A stretch of 64,000 nt of DNA from Marispirochaeta sp. (GTDB lineage: Bacteria > Spirochaetota > Spirochaetia > JC444 > Marispirochaetaceae). A program made the translations under genes and the position numbers. Positions within the stretch are counted from its first letter, which is position 1. Each line of letters opens with the position of its first letter. Shown here in pieces: positions 1 to 9,124 of the stretch. Where the stretch lies: assembly GCA_963676835.2 (NCBI GenBank), contig CAXXFF010000002.1, positions 1,280,001 to 1,344,000 of the forward strand. Reading direction: 5' to 3'. The notes under the pieces were generated by a model. It was given only the letters and a program-made list of their open reading frames with translations. It had not been told where the DNA came from and made no database searches.

Positions 1-1
1 A

Positions 2-376
2 CCCAATGCCGGCAATTTTAGAGAAGGGACGCCAGGTGGAAAAAAAGAGCAGTGCTGTAATGGTAAAGTAATAGTAGAACATTCCCGAAGTGCAGCCGAA
101 GGCCAGCACAGAATAGGAGGCATGGTACAGAATGGCTCCGCAGAATATAAACCAGCTTAAACTGAAGCGGCCCTTTTTATAGATATAGAGGCACAAACTG
201 TCTGCGGCTATACAGATAATATTGTTGATAACAACTGTGGTATTTCCCAGCAGGATAAAAACAGGCAGGAATGATATATGCCCGATAAGTCCGAAAAGGA
301 AAATATAGGTTCCATAAGCATACTGCCGCTGTATTTCAAGGGGATCCTGAACTGTTGAAATATGTCCTTTTTGCAT
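2..376 (-). CDS. Membrane protein N-terminus (partial, runs off window start); possibly the sensor part of a signalling protein
   Basis: Hand translation from ATG 376: MQKGHISTVQDPLEIQRQYAYGTYIFLFGLIGHISFLPVFILLGN..., hydrophobic segments; TATACT -10 hexamer 7 nt upstream; absent from the ORF track. Confidence 0.65.
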   Translation of the reverse strand, partial: MQKGHISTVQDPLEIQRQYAYGTYIFLFGLIGHISFLPVFILLGNTTVVINNIICIAADSLCLYIYKKGRFSLSWFIFCGAILYHASYSVLAFGCTSGMFYYYFTITALLFFSTWRPFSKIAGIG

Positions 377-463
377 ATAGGTGAGTATAGAGCAATTGGA
401 ATAATATGTCAGATATTTATTTGCAGCCACTTTTTTCCTTTGAGAAGCTCTATTTTTTCGGAG

Positions 464-492
464 TTGACAGGTCTTTAGTGGTGCTATAGCAT
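464..492 (+). promoter_or_regulatory. sigma70-type promoter of the GntR gene
   Basis: TTGACA (464-469), 17 bp spacer, TAGCAT (487-492). Confidence 0.6.
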
Positions 493-501
493 CAACCTGG
501 T

Positions 502-1203
502 ATGGCAGCAGATAAAGAGTGGACAGAAGATGTTCAGGCAGAAACAGGTATTACCACCGCAGAGAGGGTATACCGTTCTCTTCTCAAAATGATTATTTCC
601 GGGGAGTTTGCCCCTGGAACGCGGCTTGCCCGCAGGAAAATGGCCGAGCTTACCGGAGCAAGTCAGATACCCGTTCTGGAGGCTATGAAACGTCTGGAGC
701 AGGATGGTCTGGTTGAATACCGGCCCCAATGGGGTTCTGTGGTTACTGTTCCCACGGCTCAGAAGGTTAAGGCCATGTATGTACTCCGGGAGGCAATAGA
801 AACCCAGGCGGTGAGAATTCTTGCCATTACTCTGAAAAGGGAAGATGCAGAAGTTCTGTATGATCTGGCAGAAATCCTCGATACAACCCCCTATAACGAA
901 GAGACCCAGCAGGCTATCTATAACGCACACTATGATTTTCATATGAAGCTGGTTGAGCTTACCGGCTATGAGACCCTGGCTGATGCCATGCGCAAGGCCA
1001 GTCTTTTCTGGCTTCTGTGGAACAACGTTAAATGGAGACGGGGCTATAAGGCCGAGGTCAAGGTTGACTGGCACAAACGTCTGATCGATGTGATTCTCAA
1101 GGGAGACCCCCGTGAGGCAGATGAAGCAATGCGGGAGCATATTCAGGATGTCTTTTTCCGGATGGTAAAATCTTATGGAGAGTCCGAAGTTCCTACGGTA
1201 TAA
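502..1203 (+). CDS. GntR-family transcriptional regulator (FCD domain)
   Basis: N-terminal wHTH (VYRSLLKMIISGEFAPGTRL...SQIPVLEAMKRLEQDGLV); C-terminal FCD with FH and H...AMREHI. Confidence 0.92.
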   Translation: MAADKEWTEDVQAETGITTAERVYRSLLKMIISGEFAPGTRLARRKMAELTGASQIPVLEAMKRLEQDGLVEYRPQWGSVVTVPTAQKVKAMYVLREAIETQAVRILAITLKREDAEVLYDLAEILDTTPYNEETQQAIYNAHYDFHMKLVELTGYETLADAMRKASLFWLLWNNVKWRRGYKAEVKVDWHKRLIDVILKGDPREADEAMREHIQDVFFRMVKSYGESEVPTV

Positions 1204-1893
1204 TCAGAACTCCTGATTGATACGGAATTTCAGCACCTTTGATGTTTCTCCCAGGGTCGCCGCCAGCTTGGGGAGATCCGCAGCGTGGGGAAACTTTACA
1301 ATGTAGCGAATCATGGTTTCCCCTTTCTCTTTCGAATAGGCAAGTTCGGTGTTCTTGATCTCGCCATGAAATCCCGCCAGAATCCTGTTGAACTTTACAG
1401 TCTCAAACTGTTTTCCCTTAAGCCATATGTTTACCGCCCGCAGTTCGCTGTGACGCATGTACTTTTTTTCAAAGCTGTCCAGCAGTTTTAGGGTGAAAAA
1501 GAGGAGTACCGTAAAAAAGGCGGATGGAAGTATAAAACCTGCCCCGGTTGCCAGCCCCAATGCCGCTGTCGCCCATATGGATGCTGCAGTGGTCAGCCCC
1601 TGGATGGTTGCGCCGAACCTCAGTATTGCCCCTGCTCCCAGAAATCCTATTCCCGAAACAACCTGGGCGGCAATCCGTCCCGGATCATTGCTCTCTCCGG
1701 CTACATAAATGGAGAGGATCATCAAAAGGGAAGCACCGGTACAGATGAGGATGTGTGTACGGAGTCCTGCCGGGGTAGTGTGCCCTTCCCGTTCAGCCCC
1801 GATTATTGCACCGGCAATAAACCCGACCGACAGCCTTATGAGAATAATTGAGAGGCTCAGGTCTCTGGTGAAAGCAGTGAATAGTCCGTCCAT
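1204..1893 (-). CDS. MgtC/SapB family membrane protein
   Basis: IGAERE, AGLRTH, DPGRIAAQVVSGIGFLGAG, GLTTAASIW motifs. Confidence 0.93.
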   Translation of the reverse strand: MDGLFTAFTRDLSLSIILIRLSVGFIAGAIIGAEREGHTTPAGLRTHILICTGASLLMILSIYVAGESNDPGRIAAQVVSGIGFLGAGAILRFGATIQGLTTAASIWATAALGLATGAGFILPSAFFTVLLFFTLKLLDSFEKKYMRHSELRAVNIWLKGKQFETVKFNRILAGFHGEIKNTELAYSKEKGETMIRYIVKFPHAADLPKLAATLGETSKVLKFRINQEF

Positions 1894-1923
1894 GGTGGGG
1901 GTTCCTCTTCCTTTTAGTTTCGA

Positions 1924-2652
1924 TTACTCAGTTTGTTTCTGAAACACCAGAAACCGGTACTGAATAAGTCCCTGTTTAATCAGTTTATGCAGAATCTTTT
2001 TGCGGTCATCCCTGTTTTTTTCAAAAAGTCCGGGTCCGCTTACCCATGGGGTAAAATCTTCGGCAGACAGAGTTTCAAAACCGCTTTCTTCAAGGATACC
2101 AATCCAGTCCGGTGCTGTTTCCAGACCGCCTCCGGCCTGGTCAAAAAGCTCTTTTTCTTCTGCAGAGAGGGTTTTCTTCTCCTTTGAGAGAAAATAATCG
2201 CAGAGTATAAAGCGTCCCCGGGCTTTCAGGCTTTCGGCAATATAGGGCACAATGGCGATAGGTTTGTTTCGTGTGGAGAGGCTTTCCACGGCATAGATAA
2301 TATCCATGTCCGGAAAGAGCCGGAAAACCCTGGGATCTGTGTAATCCGCTTCAAAGATACGGACCTGCTCCTGTAGTCCGTGACGGAGACTGAGGTCATC
2401 GCCTTTCTGTTTATCCTGCCTGCTTGCGGTAACGCCGGCATAGGAGGCGTCCGGTCTGGCTACGGCGAGATCGAGCATGATCCCACCGGAGCCGCAGCCG
2501 AGGTCAAGGATCTTCTCCGCCGAAAGGGCGGCAAGATGTTCATCAATGCGTTTATTTATGTATAAATCCGCCTGAATCTGCTTTTTAACACCCGGTGCAC
2601 GGACAGCATTATGCCGGAACAGACGATGAATTTCCCTGGGGTTTATGGCCAT
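1924..2652 (-). CDS. Class I SAM-dependent methyltransferase
   Basis: ILDLGCGSGG motif I and downstream LKARGRFILCD motif. Confidence 0.85.
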   Translation of the reverse strand: MAINPREIHRLFRHNAVRAPGVKKQIQADLYINKRIDEHLAALSAEKILDLGCGSGGIMLDLAVARPDASYAGVTASRQDKQKGDDLSLRHGLQEQVRIFEADYTDPRVFRLFPDMDIIYAVESLSTRNKPIAIVPYIAESLKARGRFILCDYFLSKEKKTLSAEEKELFDQAGGGLETAPDWIGILEESGFETLSAEDFTPWVSGPGLFEKNRDDRKKILHKLIKQGLIQYRFLVFQKQTE

Positions 2653-2858
2653 TTTTTACGCACCTCTTTTATTCGCCTCTTGTTGTATTTTCGGTTGATT
2701 TTTCGTATGAATTTTCATAAAAACCTCATGTAACTGTAGTATTACACAGTTTTATTGCTCCGCAAACCCGGATTTCTCCGTCTGCGCTTTTTCTGGAGGG
2801 ACAATAGAAATTATGCATCCAACGTGGTACAAACAGGTAAACAGGATAGTGCTGACTG

Positions 2859-3632
2859 ATGAAAAAACTGTTATCCAATACAAATATCTATAAAATTCTT
2901 GAAGAGCTCGGCCGTTTTACCCTTTTTGTGCTGGATGTTTTCCGCTGGACCTTCCACAAGCCTTTCAGGGGCAGACAGTTCATTTTTCAGATAGAACACA
3001 TGGGGGTGGCGTCAGTTCCGATTATTGTGCTGTCCGGTATGGCCACAGGCATGATAATGTCCCAGCAATTTATAAATATCCTTGATATGTATAACAGCGG
3101 AGCCTTTGCCGGCGCCGGCGTAGGTATTGCCATGGCCCGGGAACTTGCTCCCATAATGACTACCCTTATGCTTATTGCCAAAAACGGATCGGCCATAACC
3201 GCGGAAATCGGCACCATGAAAATTACCGAACAGATTGATGCCATGGCCACCATGTCGGTAAGTCCCATCCAGTTTCTGGCGGTTCCCCGGGTCTGGGCCT
3301 CCGCAATTGTTTTTCCGATTCTCACCGCACTATCCAATCTTGTAGGTGTTTTGGGAAGTTATATTGTTTCAGTCCATGTAAAAGGAGTGGACGAGGCAGC
3401 CTATCTCCATTACCTTTTCCGCCTGGTTGATCCGGGGGATATTTTTGCAGGACTTATCAAGGCCGCTGTTATGGGGCTGATCGTGGGGCTTCTTTCCTGT
3501 TACTACGGGTTTAATGTACGGGGAGGCGCAAAAGCCGTGGGTGATTCCGCCACTAAGTCGGTTGTCGCCTCCTCTGTAAGTATTCTGGTTGCCGATTATA
3601 TCCTTGCCGCCATACTTTTAAAGGTGTTATAG
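2859..3632 (+). CDS. mlaE: MlaE-family ABC permease
   Basis: RELAPIMT, GSAITAEIGTMKITEQIDAM, GGAKAVGDSATKSVV. Confidence 0.93.
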   Translation: MKKLLSNTNIYKILEELGRFTLFVLDVFRWTFHKPFRGRQFIFQIEHMGVASVPIIVLSGMATGMIMSQQFINILDMYNSGAFAGAGVGIAMARELAPIMTTLMLIAKNGSAITAEIGTMKITEQIDAMATMSVSPIQFLAVPRVWASAIVFPILTALSNLVGVLGSYIVSVHVKGVDEAAYLHYLFRLVDPGDIFAGLIKAAVMGLIVGLLSCYYGFNVRGGAKAVGDSATKSVVASSVSILVADYILAAILLKVL

Positions 3633-3633
3633 C

Positions 3634-4416
3634 ATGGAAAGGGATATAATTCTTGAGGTGCAGGGGCTGAAAAAAGCCTTTGGAAGCCAGCAGATTCTCA
3701 ACGGAGTGGATATTACCTTCCCCCGGGGGAAGATAACTGCCATTCTCGGTCAGAGCGGTACCGGCAAAAGTGTGCTTATGAAGCACCTTATTGGTATATT
3801 TGAGCCTGACGAGGGACGGATTCTGGTCGATGGAGTGGACCCTTTGGTGCTTTCGGAGTCTGAAAAGATAAAAATCCGCCGCAGAATCGGCTATCTCTTT
3901 CAGGATGCCGCTCTCTTTGATTCCATGACGGTGGAAGAGAATATAGCCTTTCCCCTGGTGGAAGTAATGAGGATCAGGGACCGACAGCAGATAAGCCGCC
4001 GGGTCAGTCAGCTTCTGGACTGGGTTAAGCTTCCGGGAATAGAAAAGAAGATGCCCGACGAGCTATCCGGCGGTATGCGGAAGAGGGTCGGTCTTGCCAG
4101 AACCCTGGCCTGTGATCCGGAGATCATGCTTTTTGATGAGCCCACCACCGGACTGGATCCTGTTCTGGGTGACAGTGTTCATAAGCTGATTGAGCGGGTA
4201 AACCGGGAACTTGGTATGACCTGCATCGTTATTACCCATGACATCGCCGGTAGTTTCAGTTTTGCCGATAAGATTGCATTTTTATATGAAGGAAAAGTAA
4301 TGGCCCAGGGAACACCTGAAGAGATGAGCCGGGTTGAACATCCGGTTCTTAAACGTTTTCTCGAGTTTTCATTTGTCTGTGAAAGTGAAGTTGTATCCTC
4401 GGAAGGAGGAGCATAA
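3634..4416 (+). CDS. mlaF: MlaF-family ABC ATPase
   Basis: Walker A GQSGTGKS, FQDAALFDS, LSGGMRKRVGLAR, DEPTTGLDP; lies between mlaE and the MCE gene. Confidence 0.93.
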   Translation: MERDIILEVQGLKKAFGSQQILNGVDITFPRGKITAILGQSGTGKSVLMKHLIGIFEPDEGRILVDGVDPLVLSESEKIKIRRRIGYLFQDAALFDSMTVEENIAFPLVEVMRIRDRQQISRRVSQLLDWVKLPGIEKKMPDELSGGMRKRVGLARTLACDPEIMLFDEPTTGLDPVLGDSVHKLIERVNRELGMTCIVITHDIAGSFSFADKIAFLYEGKVMAQGTPEEMSRVEHPVLKRFLEFSFVCESEVVSSEGGA

Positions 4417-5823
4417 GTGAACAGATTGGTAAAGATAGGACTTTTTGTCCTTTTAACCGGAACCGGCGTAACCTTTTATGCTCTACGCTCCGCCGAAAAA
4501 ATTGATGCCCCCGATACCTACCGGGTGCAGGCCTATATTGAAGATGCCTCCGGCCTTCGCGAGGGTACTCAGATCTGGGTGTCCGGTGTCGCCGTGGGCA
4601 AGATCCGGGAGATTCAGCTCGATCAGGGACAGGCTCTCTTAAGTATGGATCTCTCCTCGGAAGTTCCGGTATATCAGAATGCGGTTATAAAGAAACAGAC
4701 TCAATCCATGCTGGGAAATGCGGTGGTGGCTCTTAACCCGGGAACCCCCGAGGCCATGCCGGTTTCAACGGGAGGGATGATTCCCAATGTTATTCCCGGA
4801 ACCACCATGGAGCGGGCCTTTGACTCCGCCGAGAAGGTTGCCAAAGAGATGGAGACCTTCATGATCGGCCTGAATGAGTTTATGGGAGACCAGGGAGGCT
4901 ACAAGACCCTGCAGGAAATATTGACCCTCTCCCGTGATACCGTTGCCAGTACCAGCAGAATGGTTGAGGCCAATATGATTCTCCTGCAGCAGTCTCTCAG
5001 AAATATTGCCGCCATTACCGACCGGCTGGAAGGTGTCAGTGCATCAAGCAGCGCGGATCTTGCGGCGGTGCTGCAGAATACAGCCCGCATTACCGCCCGT
5101 ATCGATGCCCTGCTTGCCCGCCAGGATGAAGAGCTTGCCGACGGCATCGGCTCTCTGCAGGAGAGTATCGGCCATTTGAATGCAAGTCTTGCCAGTCTTG
5201 AATCGATTACCGCAAGGGTGGAGCAGGGCGAAGGCAATCTCGGCCGCTTTATTCAGGATGATACCCTTTATACCAGGGTGGACAGGGTCACCCGGGATGT
5301 CGAGGAGTTTGTTGATTCCGCCCTGGGAAGCGAAGTGCAGGTAGGCTTCAGATCCGAGTATATGACTCAGCAGCAGGGTCTGAAAAATCATGCAGATGTT
5401 CGCCTGGCTTATCCGGATAAGAATAAATACTACAGCCTCGGTGTGGTCAGTTCTTCCCTCGAGGAAGGGGATTCTGATGATCTGCGGCTTTCCGCTCAGA
5501 TGGCCCGCAGCTGGGGGCCTGTAACTCTGCGGGGCGGCGTTATTGAAAACAGCATTGGTGTGGGCCTTGAATATGCGCCCCTGCGTCAGTTGAGTCTGGA
5601 TTCCGAGATCTTTGAACTCAGCAGTTCTTCGCCCTATCTGAGAGGCTACGGAACATTTTTTCCGGTATTTGACCCCTCCCGGAACAATCCCCTTAACTGG
5701 CTCTATCTCTCCGGGGGAGTGGATAATGCCCTCTCCAGCGACAGGGACTACTTTCTCGGTCTGGGAATGCGTCTCACCGATAACGATCTGAAAGGGGTTA
5801 TTCCCTTTGTTCCTTCGCCTTAA
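4417..5823 (+). CDS. mlaD: Long MlaD/MCE protein: TM anchor, MCE domain, helical stalk, predicted C-terminal beta-barrel
   Basis: DASGLREGTQIWVSGVAVGKI MCE motif; ~190 aa heptad-rich helix; alternating beta-strand C-terminus. Confidence 0.88.
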   Translation: MNRLVKIGLFVLLTGTGVTFYALRSAEKIDAPDTYRVQAYIEDASGLREGTQIWVSGVAVGKIREIQLDQGQALLSMDLSSEVPVYQNAVIKKQTQSMLGNAVVALNPGTPEAMPVSTGGMIPNVIPGTTMERAFDSAEKVAKEMETFMIGLNEFMGDQGGYKTLQEILTLSRDTVASTSRMVEANMILLQQSLRNIAAITDRLEGVSASSSADLAAVLQNTARITARIDALLARQDEELADGIGSLQESIGHLNASLASLESITARVEQGEGNLGRFIQDDTLYTRVDRVTRDVEEFVDSALGSEVQVGFRSEYMTQQQGLKNHADVRLAYPDKNKYYSLGVVSSSLEEGDSDDLRLSAQMARSWGPVTLRGGVIENSIGVGLEYAPLRQLSLDSEIFELSSSSPYLRGYGTFFPVFDPSRNNPLNWLYLSGGVDNALSSDRDYFLGLGMRLTDNDLKGVIPFVPSP

Positions 5824-6976
5824 GAACTGCTTGAACAATAGCGTCCAGGGGCTGTTTCTCCCTCATCATGGGGCTGATAATTTTCTTGCCGATAAACTCG
5901 GCCCCTGAAAACTGTACTGCTGCGACTGTTCCTTTTTTGGAAAGGAAGCGGCAGTAGTCAATGTTTTCTCCCGGTTCCAGTACCTCTGATTCAACTTCCG
6001 GATCGTCTTCAAGATCTGGGCTGTACCAGAGGCTGTAGAAATGTCTGCCGTAAATATCCAGTTTGAGTCTGAAAGGAGGCAGTTCCATTGAAACCTCTTC
6101 TCCGGCCATGGCTTTTCCGGCGCACTGTCCCTGGTATTCGGCGCCGTGCCACATTCCCCAGGTGAAGGGGTAGAGCGGCTCGGTTACGTCCCCGGCGGCC
6201 CAGATATCCGGGTGAGAAGTTCTGCAGCTTCTGTCTATTACGATCCCTTTTTTTATATTCAGCCCTGAAGTGGAAAGCCAGCTGGTATCCGGCGCAATGC
6301 CTATGGATGCGACAACGGCATCATACCCCGTGGAGATCTGCTCAGGGGACAGGTCTGCGGCGTCGACAAAGTATATTCCTCCTTCATGCAAGGCATTTCT
6401 GATCATTTCTGCCATGGTGCTGTCGCAGCTGCCGCTCAATACCCGGGGTGATTTGCCGGAAATATCCACCGCTTTACCCATTTTGCGGAACTGTTCCGCC
6501 ATTTCAACACCCTGAATTCCATTTCCCGCAACCAGAACCTTTTTCCAGGGAGCGGCAAGGTTGTACAGTTTCTGTCCCTCCAGCTTTTCCCGGAGGTAAT
6601 AAACCGGTGTATCCATCAGGTGCGGCAGGGGCAGAGGTCTGGCCCCAGTGGCTATACAGAGCTTTCCGAAACCGATTTTTCTTCCGTCTGCGAGAAACAA
6701 TGTATTGATTTCAGGAGCAAGGTCCGCCGCAGGAGCTTCCAGATAGAGTGTTATGCGGTTTTCGGCATACCACTCCCGGGGGAAGAGCAGGAAATCATCG
6801 TCGCTGTAACTGGAAAAAAGCTTTTTGCTCAGTTTTGTTCGCTTGTAGGGAAGCATTGTTTCCCTGGAGACTATAAGTATGGAGCCTTCGGAGTCGTATT
6901 CCCGGATTGTCTTTGCACAGTTGAGGCCGCTGCACGATGCTCCGGCAATTACATAATCAAAATAGAGACCTGCCAA
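5798..6976 (-). CDS. FAD/NAD(P)-dependent oxidoreductase (NADH:rubredoxin reductase/NirB N-terminal-like)
   Basis: IAGASCSG, PYKRTKLSK, IATGA, GNGIQGVE, TSHPDIWAAGD; TTG start with AAGGAG RBS. Confidence 0.85.
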   Translation of the reverse strand: MAGLYFDYVIAGASCSGLNCAKTIREYDSEGSILIVSRETMLPYKRTKLSKKLFSSYSDDDFLLFPREWYAENRITLYLEAPAADLAPEINTLFLADGRKIGFGKLCIATGARPLPLPHLMDTPVYYLREKLEGQKLYNLAAPWKKVLVAGNGIQGVEMAEQFRKMGKAVDISGKSPRVLSGSCDSTMAEMIRNALHEGGIYFVDAADLSPEQISTGYDAVVASIGIAPDTSWLSTSGLNIKKGIVIDRSCRTSHPDIWAAGDVTEPLYPFTWGMWHGAEYQGQCAGKAMAGEEVSMELPPFRLKLDIYGRHFYSLWYSPDLEDDPEVESEVLEPGENIDYCRFLSKKGTVAAVQFSGAEFIGKKIISPMMREKQPLDAIVQAVLKAKEQRE

Positions 6977-7088
6977 TTAATGCTCCTTGAAAATCGTTCG
7001 GACTAAAAATAACTATAATAGTCAGAGAAGTGTATTTCCATTCTCTTTATTTTTCTGAATTTAATAGACTGCATTCCCATATTTTGTT

Positions 7089-7106
7089 AGTATTACAAAG
7101 TATTAC
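7089..7106 (+). promoter_or_regulatory. Tandem AGTATTAC direct repeat (10-bp period), candidate RHH operator
   Basis: AGTATTAC at 7089-7096 and 7099-7106, 17 bp before the RHH gene ATG. Confidence 0.55.
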
Positions 7107-7123
7107 TTTTTAGGGGAAAGCAA

Positions 7124-7390
7124 ATGAAAAAAGAGAGTGTTGTAAGCTTCAAAGCGGATGAGAAGCTTGCCGAACTGCTTCATGCACTGCCGAACCGCTC
7201 GGAGTTTATCCGGCGGGCCCTTTTGTCAGCTCTGGATTCCACCTGTCCCCTCTGTCAGGGAACCGGTATTCTTTCGCCTTCTCAGCGTGAGCACTGGGAG
7301 GCATTTTCCGCCCACCATAAAGTGGCACGCTGTGCCGACGGCTGCGGAGAAAACATCCTTTACTGTGATTACCAGCAGCATGCTGAGTAA
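7124..7390 (+). CDS. CopG/RHH-type regulator with C-terminal Cys/His metal-binding motif
   Basis: VVSFKAD strand, helix, NRSEFIRRAL helix; then CPLCQGTG, HW, HH, CADGC, YC. Confidence 0.75.
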   Translation: MKKESVVSFKADEKLAELLHALPNRSEFIRRALLSALDSTCPLCQGTGILSPSQREHWEAFSAHHKVARCADGCGENILYCDYQQHAE

Positions 7391-7397
7391 CAGGAAT

Positions 7398-8354
7398 ATG
7401 AAAGATATGAAACATAAAAGAATCAGTATTATAACTGCCATTACCCTTTTGCCTCTGCTCGCTTTTGTTTTAATCCTGGGCAGCTGCAGCAGGAATAATT
7501 CAAGCGATGACGCTTCAGGTAAAATCAGTGTATTTGTCTCTATTCTGCCGCAGAAAAGCTTTGTGGAGAAAATCAGCGGGGGCAGAGTGGATGTGAAAGT
7601 GATGGTTCCCCCGGGAAAAAGTCCTGCCACCTACGAACCGACTCCCCGGCAGATTGTAGATCTTGGTGCGGCGAAGCTCTTTTTCTCCATTGGAGTCGCT
7701 TTTGAGAACGCATTTATTCCCACCATTCAATCTTCTCTCCCGGGTCTGCAGATAGTTCCTACGGATGCGGGAATTGAAAAGCGCCATATTGAAGGCCATA
7801 CCCACGATGAAGAAGCAGCGGAAGAGGATTCGGCAGAAGATGAGCATGATGAGGATGAGGAAGAAGCTCCGGATCCGCATATCTGGATGGATCCGCTGCT
7901 GGTAAAGATTCAGGCGGAAACAATACGGGATGCATTGATCCGGATTGATCCTGCAGGAGAAGATGTTTACCGCAGAGGGTTTGCCGATTTTGCTTCAGAG
8001 CTCGATTCTCTCCATGCGGAACTGACGGATCTTCTTGCTCCCTTTGCGGGAGAAACACTGTTTGTATATCACCCGGCTTTCGGCTATTTCTGTGACCGTT
8101 ATGGCCTTGAGCAGGCTGCCATTGAGACCGGCGGAAAAGAGCCCTCTCCCGCCCAGCTGGAAGAGGTGGTGGAACATGCTCTGGAAGAGGGGGTTCAGCT
8201 GATATTTGTGCAGCCAGAGTTTCCCGAGAAGTCTGCCCGGGCGGTTGCAGATGCCATTCATGGAGCGGTTGTACCGGTGGCTCCTCTCTCTGAGGATTAT
8301 TTTGCCTCCATGCAGGCCCTTGGCCGCGAGGCTGCCGAGGGGCTGAAGCGATGA
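7398..8354 (+). CDS. znuA: Zn/Mn ABC substrate-binding lipoprotein (ZnuA-like); start 7398 or 7407
   Basis: Lipobox LILGSC, SPATYEPTP, His/acidic loop, DPHIWMDP, VYHPAFGYF. Confidence 0.9.
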   Translation: MKDMKHKRISIITAITLLPLLAFVLILGSCSRNNSSDDASGKISVFVSILPQKSFVEKISGGRVDVKVMVPPGKSPATYEPTPRQIVDLGAAKLFFSIGVAFENAFIPTIQSSLPGLQIVPTDAGIEKRHIEGHTHDEEAAEEDSAEDEHDEDEEEAPDPHIWMDPLLVKIQAETIRDALIRIDPAGEDVYRRGFADFASELDSLHAELTDLLAPFAGETLFVYHPAFGYFCDRYGLEQAAIETGGKEPSPAQLEEVVEHALEEGVQLIFVQPEFPEKSARAVADAIHGAVVPVAPLSEDYFASMQALGREAAEGLKR

Positions 8355-9124
8355 CTGCCATACAGCCCTGTTGTGTGATAGAGGCCAGAAACCTTGGCTT
8401 CGCCTACGACGAGCAGAAGGTTTTGAGCGGAGTAAACTTTACTGTCAATGCGGGCGAAATGGTTACCATTGTCGGGCCTAACGGCGGGGGCAAGAGTACT
8501 CTCCTCAAGCTGCTACTGGGTCTTATTGAACCTACAGAAGGAGAACTGCTGGTGATGGGCCGGGACCCGAAGGAGAGCCGTGCCTCCGTCGGATATGTGC
8601 CTCAATATGCAAAGTTTGACGAGCGTTTTCCCATAACCGTCGAAGAAGTAGTTCTCTCCGGGCGTCTTCACCGCCGCTTTGGTTTCTACCGCAAGGAAGA
8701 CAGGAAGCATGCGCTTGAAGCCATGGAACGGGTGGATATTGTTAATCTGAAGGGCAACTCTTTTACCGCACTTTCCGGTGGACAGAGACAACGGGTGCTT
8801 ATTGCCCGTGCCCTTGTGGGGGATCCCCGCATTCTGCTCCTGGATGAACCAACAGCCAATGTTGATGTTTTTATGAGTGAACGCTTTTTTTCTCTGGTGG
8901 CGGAGCTCTCCCGGGAACGCACGGTGATGCTGGTAACCCACGATACCGGCTATGTGTCGGGGCTTACGGACAGGATCTTCTGTGTAAACCGCAAAGTTGA
9001 AGAACATCCTGCGGAAGAGGCTGCCGGGGGGCTGGTTCATGCATCCTATGGACACAGTGTGAAAACCGTACGGCACGATATCAAGCTTGGTTCTGCCGAA
9101 CATACCGGAGCTGCACATGGCTGA
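8351..9124 (+). CDS. znuC: Metal ABC transporter ATPase (ZnuC-like)
   Basis: GPNGGGKST, GYVPQ, LSGGQRQR, LLLDEPT; His-containing tail. Confidence 0.9.
   Translation: MTAIQPCCVIEARNLGFAYDEQKVLSGVNFTVNAGEMVTIVGPNGGGKSTLLKLLLGLIEPTEGELLVMGRDPKESRASVGYVPQYAKFDERFPITVEEVVLSGRLHRRFGFYRKEDRKHALEAMERVDIVNLKGNSFTALSGGQRQRVLIARALVGDPRILLLDEPTANVDVFMSERFFSLVAELSRERTVMLVTHDTGYVSGLTDRIFCVNRKVEEHPAEEAAGGLVHASYGHSVKTVRHDIKLGSAEHTGAAHG

Noticed and set aside
484..1140. 218-aa minus-strand ORF, and the many similar antisense ORFs (e.g. 5044-5838, 27470-28405, 30336-31109, 38894-39610, 54892-55569, 58524-59282)
   Set aside because: They lie opposite well-supported genes and have no motifs or RBS; they are shadow frames
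7158..7397. 80-aa N-terminal extension of ZnuA in the ORF track
   Set aside because: Overlaps the RHH gene in another frame; the lipoprotein signal begins at 7398/7407
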